Assembly: GCF_037042905.1 (NCBI RefSeq) | Contig: NC_087245.1 | Span: 42,534,001-42,598,000, forward strand | Origin: Lytechinus pictus | Lineage: Eukaryota | Length of the DNA stretch: 64,000 nucleotides | Direction: 5' to 3' | Part shown: piece after piece, positions 13,746 through 25,890 of the stretch | Numbering within the stretch: position 1 is the stretch's first letter | How the letters are laid out: every line of letters begins with the position of its first letter | Translations under genes and position numbers: made by a program | Notes under the pieces: model-generated | Told to the model about the DNA's origin: nothing | Database searches by the model: none | What the model saw: the letters and a program-made list of their open reading frames with translations, nothing else

Positions 13746-14504
13746 TTCCAGATTCAAATAAGAATAAATAATAATCTAGCAATGAATTGGAATAGTGCGC
13801 TTTGGGGGATTTACCAAAAACTCCCGATATCCGACTCCCGAGTTACAAAAAAAAACCCGACTCACCACATGCACATCCATCGTATCCCGTTGGGCAGACG
13901 CAACGGTATGATCTAAAGCCTGTAACCACACAAGTCCCTCCATTCAAGCACGGATTAGAGAAGCACGTATCATCTGTATCACACAAATATTTTGATCAGG
14001 GTCCCCTTTCATATAGATATGTTTTCATATCAAATGTACAATTTCTTTATCAAATGTACTATTAGCCAATAAAAGTGAAGGATATAAGTAGCTTTTAACT
14101 GCTATCACAGACATTTATTTTCTAATGAAATGGGCCCCGGCCAGGTTTTAAACTCAACTTAAGTTCAACGCCATAATGCTACATTCAGATGCAACTACCC
14201 CCACCCGCACGAAAATACAGGGGATGGGCAAACAAATTGATTTGCCCCCCCCCCCCACCATAATTTTGACAACTTGAAATATTCACATCAATATACAATG
14301 CAAACATATGTTTTTAAGGTTCCATGACATTTACTACGGCAACAATTGCTCCGCTGTAAATTCCACAAGTTAATGGACTGACCACCTTCAACCCTGGAAT
14401 CAACGCTATATAAAATGCCTCACACTAAACCTAACATAAATCCTTATTGCAACCTTAACCCTATTTTTCAGAGGAAATATAGCCTGGAGCAATTGTCGTC
14501 GGAG

Positions 14505-14760
14505 CAAATGTCATCTCACCGTTTTTAAAAGCAACGGAAAGCACTATAAAACCATTAAACTTGGCATACAAATATTCTTAAACATACAAAAATGTTCAAT
14601 TTTCGGCGAGCTTTGCACGCAATATTCTAAATTTGGGCATTTCCCCCTATCCACCCCCCCCCTCCCATCAGAGACATGGGCTGACGCCCCTGGCTACAGT
14701 AACATCTGCGAAACCGACCACAATGGCACAACCCGAGTGTCATTTCAATCATGACTTTTA
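14505..14760. repeat. ~255 bp direct duplication, copy 1 (copy 2 at 16192-16449)
   Basis: caaatgtc...tcaccgtttttaaaagcaacggaaagc...catgactttta is present twice with scattered substitutions. Confidence 0.9.
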
Positions 14761-16190
14761 GTCCAGTAATTTCACTTTTCACTTGGAACAAATTGCAACA
14801 GAATTTATTCCAAAGTACAACATTTTTTTGACGTCCATAGAAGACCATACTAAAAGTCCCCAAAAAATCCGAATAGGGGAAAGTGTTCTAATTTGCATAA
14901 ACATAATGGTGAGTTTTTGGTCATATTCGCTCATTTAGTTTACGTAGCAGACGACGCTAGTGTATACTATGTACTCAGACCCGATTGCAAATCAAATCAA
15001 ATCCGGACTCGATACTACTATAAACATTGGCCTCCTCAAACTATAGCTATATATCATAAATATCAGTGAGCAAAAATGTATACTACAAGAACACTGTTGC
15101 TATTAACATCAAATGCATAAATTTGATTCTGTTTGGACTGTATTAATTGTTTAACATGAAAGGGTCTAGGCACGGATCATATGCTAGTCACGTGACGTTG
15201 TACACCAAAATAATGACATTTTCTGCCTGCTCGATCTCAGAGTTCAAGTCAGAGAAAAATGAAATGTAGCTTTTAGACCTGCCACATCTTATTATACTAC
15301 ATACTACCGAAGTCACACACCCCTTTTCCGTATTTTGCCAATAATTATGGGAAAATCTGTCAATTTGGAGCTCCTGAAGAGGGAAGGCGTCGATATGCTA
15401 ACAATTTGGTATAATTATGTATATAGCTGATAGGGAAAAAAGTCTTCTCTTTCATCTCCAAGTGGTTTTAGGAAATAAAAGTGATTTTACTCTATAGTAG
15501 AAACGCCTTTTGCCTCAATGGTGGGCTAAAATTGACTATTTTTTAAACAATAAGGCAAAATCGGCAAAAACGTGGGGTGACTACAGCAGCCCCTGAATTA
15601 GTAGGGTCGATGTGCCGGCAGTTTTTTTTTACAATGTAGCTGATAAACGAAACCTATTCATCTTTAAGTGGTTTCAAATAATAAAAGTGACTTTACCATA
15701 TAGCAGAAATGCTTTTTTGCCTGGGTAGGGGGGGGGGTCAAAAACTGCGATTTTGTTTTTATAAAGAGGGAAAATAGGCAAAAAGGGTGGAGAGACTTCG
15801 GGAACCCCTGAGGGGGTAGGCTTTGCTGAGCCAACACTTATGTAGCTGATAGAGGAAAATCTACTTTTTATCTCCAAGTGGTTACGAAACAATGAAAGTG
15901 GTTTGCCATATATCAGAAAAACATTTTTGCATCAATGAGGTCTCCGAATTGGTAGATTTTTCCATAAATAGGCAAAATAAGGAAAAGGGGTTGGTGACTT
16001 CGGCAAACCCATGAGAGGTATAGGCTTTGCTGTGTCAGCACTTCTTTGTATGAAGCTGATAGAGGGAAATCTAATTTTGTTATCTCCAAGTGGTTACAAA
16101 ACAATACAAGTGGTCTACTGCAAAGGAGGAAACGCCTTTTACTTCAAAGAAATGTTCTGCATTGAAATAAATTATGTTGCAATTCTGTTG
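14761..16190. mobile_element. Second GTCC-ended element carrying the ~210 bp repeat (15305-16145); right TIR truncated
   Basis: TA|GTCCAGTAAT start; aattgcaacagaatttattccaa (~14791) is inversely matched by ttgaaataaattatgttgcaatt (~16162). Confidence 0.65.
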
Positions 16191-16191
16191 T

Positions 16192-16449
16192 CAAATGTCG
16201 TGTCACCGTTTTTAAAAGCAACGGAAAGCACTATAAAACCTATATAAACTTGGCATAAAAATATTCTTAAACATACAAAAATGTTCAATTTTCGGCGAGC
16301 TTCGCAAACAATATTCTAAATTTGGGGATGTTTCCCCTATCCACCCCCCCCTCCCATCAGAGACATGGGCCGACGCCCCTAGCTACAGTAACACCTGTGA
16401 AACCGACCACAATGGCACAACCCGAGTGTCATTTGAATCATGACTTTTA
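16192..16449. repeat. ~255 bp direct duplication, copy 2
   Basis: Matches 14505-14760. Confidence 0.9.
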
Positions 16450-16818
16450 TTTGATCAGTCTGAAGTTGGTGTCGATGCTGGAACAGTAGCATGTAACTGC
16501 ATGCACATTAATTAATATTATTTTGAACAGGCCCTATGTAACATTCAAACCAATCCGAAAGAAAGAACAACATACACTACTTTCTGTCGAGAGCAGAGTT
16601 TGCAACGTATCACAACTGAATTTTCAGCTTATGATTATGAATAGAAACTCACACTTTGTTTAATTCATGAAATATTTTTGGCACGCATTACAAATTCGTG
16701 AATTGTTCGTGAACTATGCGCAACAAGAAATTTCTTTGCTGCCAAAAATAGTATACAAATATACAATGACACTCGAGGATCTGGCTAAAACTATTCGCAT
16801 CGAAGGAACATCATATAG

Positions 16819-17413
16819 TATTATAACCCTTACTTAAGATTGTTGTATTCAGAGTGTACACAGGGATAAAAAGAATAGTTTTACTACGAAAAAAACGTTT
16901 GCCGTGAAATAGTTCATTTTCCTTGCTGACGTCACGCATAGTCCATTTTTTTCCCTAGGGAAAAAGTGAACTATATACGTTTTTTGACCACCCCCCACTA
17001 CTTTGCGATTCGCGAGCTGGGCGGCGCGATGCGAGCAGAGCGCTGCTCAGCCAGACGGTACTCTCCACTGCATGCCACGGGAAACTTTCGGCGAGCTGCA
17101 CTAACCAGGTGCGCTCGCTGAACAGACGATCCATACGGCAAGACTTATTATTTTCTCAACTTCTCAACAATTGTTCTATATCGACTTATCAAAAATCGTT
17201 TCGCTGTAAAATGGTATGAGTGGAAGGGATATAAAACAAATATACAATGACCCATTCTCGGAACAGGCTAAAACTATTCGCACTCAGGAACATCACATAG
17301 TACTATTCTCCCTCGGGCCGATGGCCCTCGGGAGAATAGTACTATGTGATGTTCCTTCGATGCGAATAGTTTTAGCCAGATCCTCGAGTGTCATTATATA
17401 TTTGTATACTATT
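16819..17413 (+). mobile_element. Crypton-like non-autonomous hairpin element (inner copy, ~595 bp)
   Basis: TATT...CTATT ends; 3' hairpin tagtactattctccc-tcgggccgatggccctc-gggagaatagtacta (17298-17344) within a longer imperfect stem. Confidence 0.7.
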
Positions 17414-17870
17414 CCCCCGAGGGCCATCGGCCCGAGGGAGAATAGTACTATGTGATGTTCCTGAGTGCAAATAGTTTTAGCCGGTTCCGAGAATGGGTCA
17501 TTGTATATTTGTTTTATATCCCTTCCACTCATATATATTCTTCATACGATATTCTTCGTTGATACCCGACTTTTACAGCAAAACGATTTTTAATAAGTCG
17601 ATGATGGAACAAAACAATCGTTGAGAAGTTGAGAAAACAATAAGGCTTGCCGTATTGATCGTCTGTTCAGCGAGCGCACCTGGTTAGTGCAGCTCGCCGA
17701 AAGTTTGCCGTGGCATGCAGTAGAGAGTACCGTTGGGCTGAGCAGCGCTCTGCTCGCATCGCGCCGCACAGCTCGCGAATCGAGTAGGGGGCGGGGTCAA
17801 AAAACGTATAGTTCACTTTTTCCCTAGGGAAAAATGGACTATGCGTGACGTCAGCAAGGAAAATGAACTA

Positions 17871-18731
17871 CTGTAGAAGCTGTTATTTTCGCGTACAGAA
17901 TTTTTCGCGAATCGCGGGGGTCCCGACATTTTCGCAGGTTGTTAAATTCGCGATCGGAAGATGTAGAAAACATTTCCACAGCATTTAAAAGAAGCAAAAC
18001 TAGTGCTAATCACGTGCAAATCTCTATTCCTCAAAATCCCATGCTGATGTGTCTTTTGTACATAAATATGTCCCTGTAAAAACAGTTACAAACTGTGGAA
18101 AAAGGTGGTTTAAATTTCATTTTTTTTACCTTTAGATCTGAAAATTCATCATGCCACAGTTTGATCTGTAATTTATAGGGTTAAGCAATCTTTAGAATTT
18201 GTGTTTTGTTCTATTAATTTTTCAAAAAGTTGGTAAAACTGCAAAAATGTGGAATTTTGTGAACAGAATCTTCAACTGTAAAAGCTCTGGTCATGTGACT
18301 TATGAATATTAATGAGTATGCAAATAGCTGCCAATACGTGTGTAATAGAGTCAATCAGATGACAATAATATCAAATTATTTCATGGAAAATACATTTTAA
18401 TATTACAATGAGTGTATAGATATTGATAAAATAATGTTAGAAAATACTTTAGGCTCTGATTTTGTTTGAGAAATTAAAAAAAGTGAAATTCTAGCTAACT
18501 TTTTGAATCACTAACTGTACTTTCTAAGCCTTATTTTTTGTACATATAGAGGTGCATATCTCCATTTTCTCACTACACAGTATGTTTTCAATAGCAAAGC
18601 TTTGCTGTTGGGGACATTGGCACTGACTAACAAGTGTGTCAATATTTTCGCGTGTTGTTAAATTCGCGGCCGATCGGCAATTCGCGAAATCCGCGAAAAT
18701 AAAACCCCCGCGAAAATTACAGCTTGTACAG
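17871..18731. mobile_element. TA-flanked MITE (Tc1/pogo-like)
   Basis: TA|CTGTAGAAGCTGTTATTTTCGCG ... CGCGAAAATTACAGCTTGTACAG|TA; the sister copy of the host shows a single TA at this site. Confidence 0.85.
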
Positions 18732-18946
18732 TATTTCATGGCAAACGTTTTTCGTAGTAAAACTATTCCTTTTCTCCTTGTGTACACTCTCAATACAACA
18801 ATAAGTAAGGGATATAATAGGCACATCCCCGGGTAGTGGCATGCAGTTCACGACAGGGTCGCGCATACTTTGCGCATATGCGGGCTAAGCCAGCCGCACT
18901 TCATGCATACTTCGCAAATGATAAGCGCAAAATTGTGAGTGCAGAC

Positions 18947-19395
18947 ACCGTGTTTACACTCAATCGGCTTTTGAATCGGCTCGCGGTTCTGAACTGCGAG
19001 CCGATGCAGCATCGGCTTTTTCATAGCGTGTAAACGCGAGTAACTTGCATCGGCTCGCGGTTCAGAACCGGCAATTTGCACCACCAAAGTAGTAGGTTCA
19101 GTACTGCGAGCCGATGCATGCATCGGCTTTTTTACTACGTGTAAACAGAAAGCCGATTCTGCATCGGCAATTTGTGCGCATTTCAATTACTTTACCATTG
19201 TGACGTAATTGTAAGCGCACTGATCCAGCGTTGTCTTTATGGACGTATATTGTTGGTGTGCGTATCATTTCAGGTTTTTGCATCGGCTCGCGGTTCTGAA
19301 CCGCGAGCTGTAACAACGTGTAAACGCAAACCAAAAGCCGATTCTGCATCGGCATTTTGGTTCTGAACCAAAAGCCGATCAAGTGTAAACACGGT
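18947..19395. mobile_element. MITE with ACCGTGTTTACACT TIRs and internal palindromic repeats
   Basis: accgtgtttacact ... agtgtaaacacggt; repeated atcggctcgcggttc(t/a)gaac.gcgagccgat units. Confidence 0.75.
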
Positions 19396-19637
19396 ATATG
19401 TGATCAGTGTAAGTTGTCCTAATAAACGAACGTAGAGGGTGTCAACACCAGAACGTTGGAATGTTTGAATTTGCGCTATATACTTCCCAGAATAGGGTGT
19501 CGAGAATATTTGCTGAAAGCACGTCGGGACAATGCGTGAACTGATAAAGCCAAGTCGTTACCTTCAGCAAAATTAGGCTCAGACCATGCAGACCGGGAGG
19601 AAAACCAGACAGGAAATTTCTTCATCATAATTCGTAA

Positions 19638-20210
19638 AGGACAAGTCCATCTCATTAAAATGTTGATTTGAATCAAAAGAGAAAAATCAGACAAGCATAA
19701 TGCTGAAAATTTGATCAAAATCGGATGTGAAATAAGAAATTTATGACATTTTAAATTTTCGCTTATTTTTCACAAAATATTTATATGCACAATTTAGTCA
19801 CATGCAAATGAGAGAATCGATGATGTCCCTCACTCACTATTTCTTTTGTTTTTTATTGTTTGAATTATACAATATTTCTATTTTTACAGATTTGACAATA
19901 AATAAGGACCAACTCGACTGACCATATAATGTTAAACAATGGTAATTATACATGTTCAGTGAGAAATAAAACTTTGTTTCAGAGGACAATGAGGATGAAA
20001 TCAGAATATCTCTTATAATAAAATACAAAAGAAAAAGTGAGTGAGTGATGTCATCAGTTCCCTGATTTGCATACCGACCGGCATGTGCATATAACTATTA
20101 TGTGAAATTAAGCAAAACTTTAAAATGTCATAACTTTCTTATTTTACATCCGATTTTGATGAAATTTTCAGTGTTATGCTCGTTGGATTTTTCTCTTTTC
20201 ATTCAAATTA
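19638..20210. mobile_element. Kolobok-like palindromic MITE (right end truncated)
   Basis: Starts aggacaagtcca; body matches 46967-47575. Confidence 0.8.
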
Positions 20211-21164
20211 AGAGCGTTGGGATTAACGGCCATCATACCCACCCCAACGGTTCAGAACAGGACATCAATAATTATGCCCCCTCTCCCTCAATACATCTCA
20301 AGAATAGCCCAGTCCTTTTAGGATAGGCCTACATCAAAATCAGTCAAACGGGCTGATTTTTTATCCTGCCTTTAATTGGGATACAAAAAACGGGTTCGGG
20401 GAGGCTTCTGATCTATATATGAATGTAAAGAAAACATGCCATATAAGCCCATGTGTAGAGTTTCCAACGAAAAAAGTCATTATTCCTATTCATGATAATG
20501 GATGGAGATAACTTACAACTTGTGGTGCAGTCTAAGATTTGAGAATCGCCGGAGACACCAGGTATTCTTGAAGGGGGCTGAGTTTTGTCCAAAAATCTTG
20601 GAATTCCTTTAAGGTAATAAAAAACTCCCCCGTCTGGGATTATCGCGACCGGGCAATGGCACGCACTCTGGATGATAAAGACTGAAGTAAAAAGTGATTA
20701 TTACATGAAATTATTTTAACATGGAGAAGTTTTAAGGTTCACCATGTGTAATATGAAGAAGGGAAAGGAAATACAGGCAGAAAATTGAAATGGAAAGGCG
20801 AGAAAGGATGAAAAGAGGAAATAAGAGGTATTCTTTTCTTGAAAGTGAGTGAAGTCCTGAAAAGGACTGTAGACCAGACTACTCAAACCATATACTCAAG
20901 CCATATTCAGCTCATCTCATCTGGTTTACAGTCCTTCATATTACACATGGGGAACCGTATAAACCTTCTCCACGTTATAAACTCCACCATGCAAACCTAT
21001 ACAAAGATCATCTGACATTATTTTGTAGAGCATCAAGGATGAAGGTGCATGATAATGATAAAGAAATGTTACAAGCAGATGCTACTAGCTACAATATATG
21101 CAGCTGTTGCTGATGTTACTAGTTCTGTTGCTACTGTATAGGCCTTCTACGATTTCTATTACTA

Positions 21165-21270
21165 TTTATACTATTACTGTTTCTACTACTACTCCTACTA
21201 CTACTACTACTACTACTATACTACTACTACTACTACTACTGCTACTACTATAAAACTACTACTACTCCTC

Positions 21271-21301
<31 letters not shown>

Positions 21302-21480
21302 TACTACTATAAAACTACTACTATATACTACTACTATACTACTTCTACCATCACTATTTCTACTACTACTACTACTACTACTACTAGGCCCTACCACCAC
21401 TACTACTACTGCTACTACTACCGCAACCACTACTACTTCTACTGCTACTTCAAGTTCTTCTACTACTACTATCTACTACT
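21165..21480. repeat. (TAC)n microsatellite
   Basis: Direct reading. Confidence 0.95.
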
Positions 21481-21836
21481 AGAACGACTATATTCTACAT
21501 TATTTTGTGCCCGACAGCGGTGGTAAATTTTCAGACACCGTCGAATTAAGATTTTAAGAAAATAACTCGTATCAGATCTCACGAAGAAGAAGAAGAACAA
21601 GAAGAAGAGGAGGAAGAGGAGGAGGACAAGAATAATAAAAAGGAGGGGTTTTCACTACTGATCACGGGAATTATTTCCTTAGATATAATTGTCAAACAAA
21701 GAATAGAAAATTAAAAAGAAAATCATAATAATACAAAAAAAACTTGGGCCCCTTCATTGGATGCGTGAAAACGTGCAATCTGAATTCAAATTATTTCACT
21801 ATGTCGGACGATTTGGGTAAATTGACTACAATATAC

Positions 21837-21879
21837 CTTGCTGAAGTATTGTCCAGATGGTTAGCGGTATCCTCAGCAC
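21837..21879 (-). CDS. Putative exon 2 (VLRIPLTIWTILQQ), signal-peptide-like
   Basis: tacag acceptor, CAAG|GTATAT donor; phase 0 to 1, which joins the 3611-3862 exon in frame. Confidence 0.45.
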
Positions 21880-22511
21880 CTGTATATATGAAATTCCAAA
21901 TTAGATCTTTAAGAGTTTTTTTTTAGTTTTAATAAGTATTAACCAAAGAAAAAAATTGTTTGTTTGTGTGTTGGGGGCACCGGGGTCTTTTCAATATAAA
22001 TAAATCGATACTACCGGTTTATACTACCCATACATCTCTTCTTTATACATTCGATTGTCTCTTCTTTTCTCCCTTTTCTTCCTTCCTTATTTACGTTTTA
22101 TTTCACTACTTCAAATACCAAAAGGCGGTCGTCCCCAGTTCCCTCATATGGCGACACCCCTGTGTCTAAAACGAGAAAAATTTCATATTTCAGAGGTCTC
22201 CATTCATCTTTCTATTTCTAATAACAACCCGTGATAACCTTCAACATTTTTTTATCCATTAAAATATTAATGAAACGATTAGTTTCAACCCGCATGACTC
22301 TAGAAAAAAAAAAAGCAGCAACATGTTAATAGTACACTTCACCTTTTCTCTGGCAATAAAAAATGATGGAAGATTGAAGGCAATTATTTAGTTATAATAT
22401 AGTTGTTTCCAATTTTGTCGGAGATTTTTAGCAAGCAAGCTTTAAATTCATTGTCATAATAGTTTCCGTGCATGTAGATTGGGCTGCAAATGAAACGAAG
22501 ACGAAACTTAC

Positions 22512-22523
22512 CCACTTAGCCAT
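22512..22523 (-). CDS. Putative first coding exon (MAKW) of LRP/YWTD-like gene
   Basis: acaacaATGG start context followed by a GTAAGT donor; phase 0 matches the 21837-21879 exon. Confidence 0.45.
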
Positions 22524-23928
22524 TGTTGTTGTCAAAGAATCTAGCAAAGACGAGAAGTAAATGTTTCTTATCGACTGGAAGGATTTACTTGTATAATGTG
22601 AGCTAAGACAAAACAGGGCGGTCTATAATAACAATATTTGTTTTCTTTTACAGCAGCTACAATACGTCATATTTGGGTTAAAAGCGATATTAATAAAACA
22701 AATCGACCTAATTACGCTGAACAGAACGCCCATATAATATCAACGTCACTCGATTAAAAAAGACGGTATATGCACTGTGAAACTAATTGGGTGTTAAAAT
22801 GACACCCGATGTTTGTTCCTGGAAGATCACACAGTTTGGTGTTAAAAGTACATCCTACAGTGTCAAAGGCGTTTAACTATCAATTCAAATTCAACACCTA
22901 AGTAAGAATCTATTCACACCGGTTAGCGTGGAATTGTAACACAATTTCTCTTTGTTAAAACGACTGAAGAGTGGTATTAAAGCCCCCTCATATACATGAA
23001 ACAGTTATGATTCACCATGATCGTAGGGTTGTGAATTTAATCAGAAAAGCTTCTAAAATTATATATCCGAATTCATTAAAATGACAGAATTATGCTTGTT
23101 CCCTTGTTTGTTTTGAATTCATTCATTCCAATCAAATGGATGTTAGGGTGGAACTTTCCTTTAAGTATCACCCCCCTCCTGCGGGAGGCACTCGGATTTG
23201 GAAAGCGTAGGGGTGCATGTGCGGCTTCAAGTACCCATAATTACTGATTTTCTGTGAAATGAGGTGCTTAAGAACTAGATTGCTCTCTGCAAATGGCGGG
23301 GAATAATGGGAAACTGGAATTTAACATGAAATGAGGCCCCCGAGAACTGACGCCTAAAATGGGGGAGGGGGCTTAGGAACCGGGGAAAGGGGTTTGTCAA
23401 CGAAAACAGGGCGAAAATGATATCCTCGGGAACTGGTGGCAAGGCATGAAAAGGGGGTCTTCGGGGCCCTGTGCGGCCATTTTGCGCGCGTGCTCCCCCC
23501 ACACACACTTTACAACTTCCACTGTTGATCAATTCTGGTTGTAATGGCAATTTCTATTCTGAGAGTTTATGACGTTCCAGAACGAGTTTATTGAAGAATT
23601 AACACAATTTATGTACATGTAACTGGTTCAGGCACGGTACTTCTACCATTAAAACGTGGAATGAGTTTAATTATCGTGACCATCAATCCATCATCCGTGA
23701 CTTTCTTGACCTGCGGGTCTTTCCTCTCACTGAAAACTTCCCCTTTTGAATTTGAAATTATACAGCAATTACTAATACGTATGAATTATTCATGATGTTT
23801 TTTTTTTAAATCATTGTTAACAAGTCAGTGAGGAAATGCATACGAACTTCGCAGTTTCAGTTTCCTTTCGTAGTTTTCGCCAACCCCCAATGATTGTGAA
23901 GGGATAAAATCTCAGGTATACCCAACAT

Positions 23929-23935
<7 letters not shown>

Positions 23936-23968
<33 letters not shown>
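23936..23968. repeat. (TA)n microsatellite
   Basis: Direct reading. Confidence 0.95.
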
Positions 23969-23971
<3 letters not shown>

Positions 23972-24569
23972 ATCAAACTAAATGAAGAATAGTCAAAGAA
24001 TGCTCATATATTCTCAGATTATTGTAGAATTAATGTGATTTAAAGCCTCCTATATGAACGGATGAGATTATGAAGTGTGATCCAACTTGCTTCAATCTGT
24101 GTTTCATTAATTTGGTCAATGTCACCAGACATTGATTTAGACACTAAACCTGAAGTATCGGGTATGCCTATATTTTGTACAAATTATCCCCCCGCTTCTA
24201 CAAATAATGATAGGATATGACCCCCCCCCCCCCCCGCAAAATTCAGGTCAGTGTATTCAAAGGATGTTTTGGTTGATTTTTTATCAGTTATAACCATATT
24301 TAACAGTCATTGGTATCAAACAATTCATAAATGGGCGTAATATAACCATACTCTCATGAAGCGGAGGATACCCTTTGCAATTGGCTAAACGTTGGAATTT
24401 GTCATGGCCAAAATCTTCTGAGATTAGATTGAGCGCGGGAGCAGAGCGAGAATATTGCATTATGGGATAGGAACCTGGCCAGTTTTGAGAAGTTGAGGAC
24501 TTGAGGTGGTGCTTAACAAGACTTCTAATTTGCATTTGCTTTAAATTGAGCAGATGTCTATGACCTTAA

Positions 24570-25151
24570 CCCTAAAAGGACTGGGGGCATGATGCCCCCC
24601 CCCCCCAACGCTTCGTGCGATATTTCCAAAACGCAAAAAGATAGCGCCGCAAAATGTATCACTTTTTTTCTTTGAAGTCTCGCGCAACTTTTGAGACCGA
24701 ATTCGCGACATACGGTTATGGCATCGCGACGCCACGTGACTTTTTACGAGACAATCTCATGCCAAAAATGACATTGTGTACAAAGTATATGGTAGATGAA
24801 ATTCATAAAGAAATACAGAAGGAAAAAATTGGCTTTCGTAATTTTTTTTTCGCGAAAACCTTTATACTAGATTACAAAGATGACATATGTAAAAAAAAGA
24901 AGAAAATCTGAAATGAAACTGGGTGTCAAATTAGCAAATAATGTTTTTCACGAATAAATTTGCATATTTTATTCATAATATATAAAAAATAAATATTTTC
25001 ATTTTTTTATATACTGGCTTGTAGTTTATGTGGTGAAGAATGTGCGTGCAAAATTATGGTGCGATCGCGCGAACGGCGGCCGAGATCAGATGCCCCCCCC
25101 CCCCCCCCCCCCCGTCCTCAATACATCTCAAATAGCCCAGTCCTTTTAGGG
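24570..25151. mobile_element. piggyBac-like MITE, TTAA TSD
   Basis: TTAA|CCCTAAAAGGACTGGG ... CCCAGTCCTTTTAGGG|TTAA. Confidence 0.9.
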
Positions 25152-25629
25152 TTAAAATAGTGCAAAATTGACATTTTTTTGTTGGCTAGCAATCTTTTAG
25201 CCATTTTATGTACCAATCCCTATAGGGTATTACTAAATGGAGAAAATTAATGAATTCTCTGTATTTCAAATGCACTACAAACGGCTGTAAAAGAGACTGG
25301 GAGAAAAAAACCCTACAAAGTTGCTCTATGTGAAAGAGATTAGACCTAGGCCAATTCATCTGTAACTAAAACAGGCACACACTGTAATGCACATATCATC
25401 CAAAACATTCTAAATGGATAAAATTTGTTGTTCTTTCACTGTTTTTCATAAGGGCTACAACCCTGATGTAAAAGAGAGAGAAAAAATATATGAAACAGCA
25501 AGTTGCTCTCTGCAAAAAGAGATCCAACCTTGGCTGATTTACCTGTATTTAAGATGGACACACATGATAAAATTAAAAAAAAGAAGTAAAAGTTAGATTT
25601 ATATCACGCTTCATACTTTGTGTTTCTAG

Positions 25630-25890
25630 GCGCTTTACATGTAATTATCATTACCCTGGTCATAGGATCCACCACTGTTCCATCCATAAAGTGCACTTTC
25701 TCCACTCCCTGGGCAGCATCCTGGCCAGGCAACCATTTTTTTCCATTTACTTATTTTGTTTTATTTATACAGGGTAGCCCCATCAGTAGTCATGTACTGT
25801 TGGACACATGCCAATCTAATCACACAGACATCCACATCCTACCGGGTACCATTTAACACACGAGTGGAGAGTGACAAACATGGATAGGTG
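25630..25890 (-). mobile_element. Degenerate SINE fragment related to 34015-34250
   Basis: ccgggtaccatttaacacacgagtggagagtgacaaa matches the 34110-34155 core. Confidence 0.45.

Larger units (their letters stand above)
16747..18820 (-). mobile_element. Crypton-like non-autonomous hairpin element (outer copy) bounded by CTATT direct repeats; contains two insertions
   Basis: AATAG at 16747-16751 and 18816-18820; own sequence is 16747-16818 + 17414-17870 + 18734-18820, the reverse complement of the inner copy. Confidence 0.7.

Noticed and set aside
14505..16449. LTR retroelement or TRIM
   Set aside because: Direct repeats lack TG..CA ends, PBS, PPT and an outer TSD; the interior is a TIR element.
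17216..17532. Two near-identical 79 aa ORFs on opposite strands
   Set aside because: Artefact of the nested inverted copies.
21248..21430. Val/Ser-rich ORF
   Set aside because: Translation of the (TAC)n microsatellite.
24284..24535. 83 aa minus-strand ORF in unique sequence
   Set aside because: No recognisable homology or convincing splice context.
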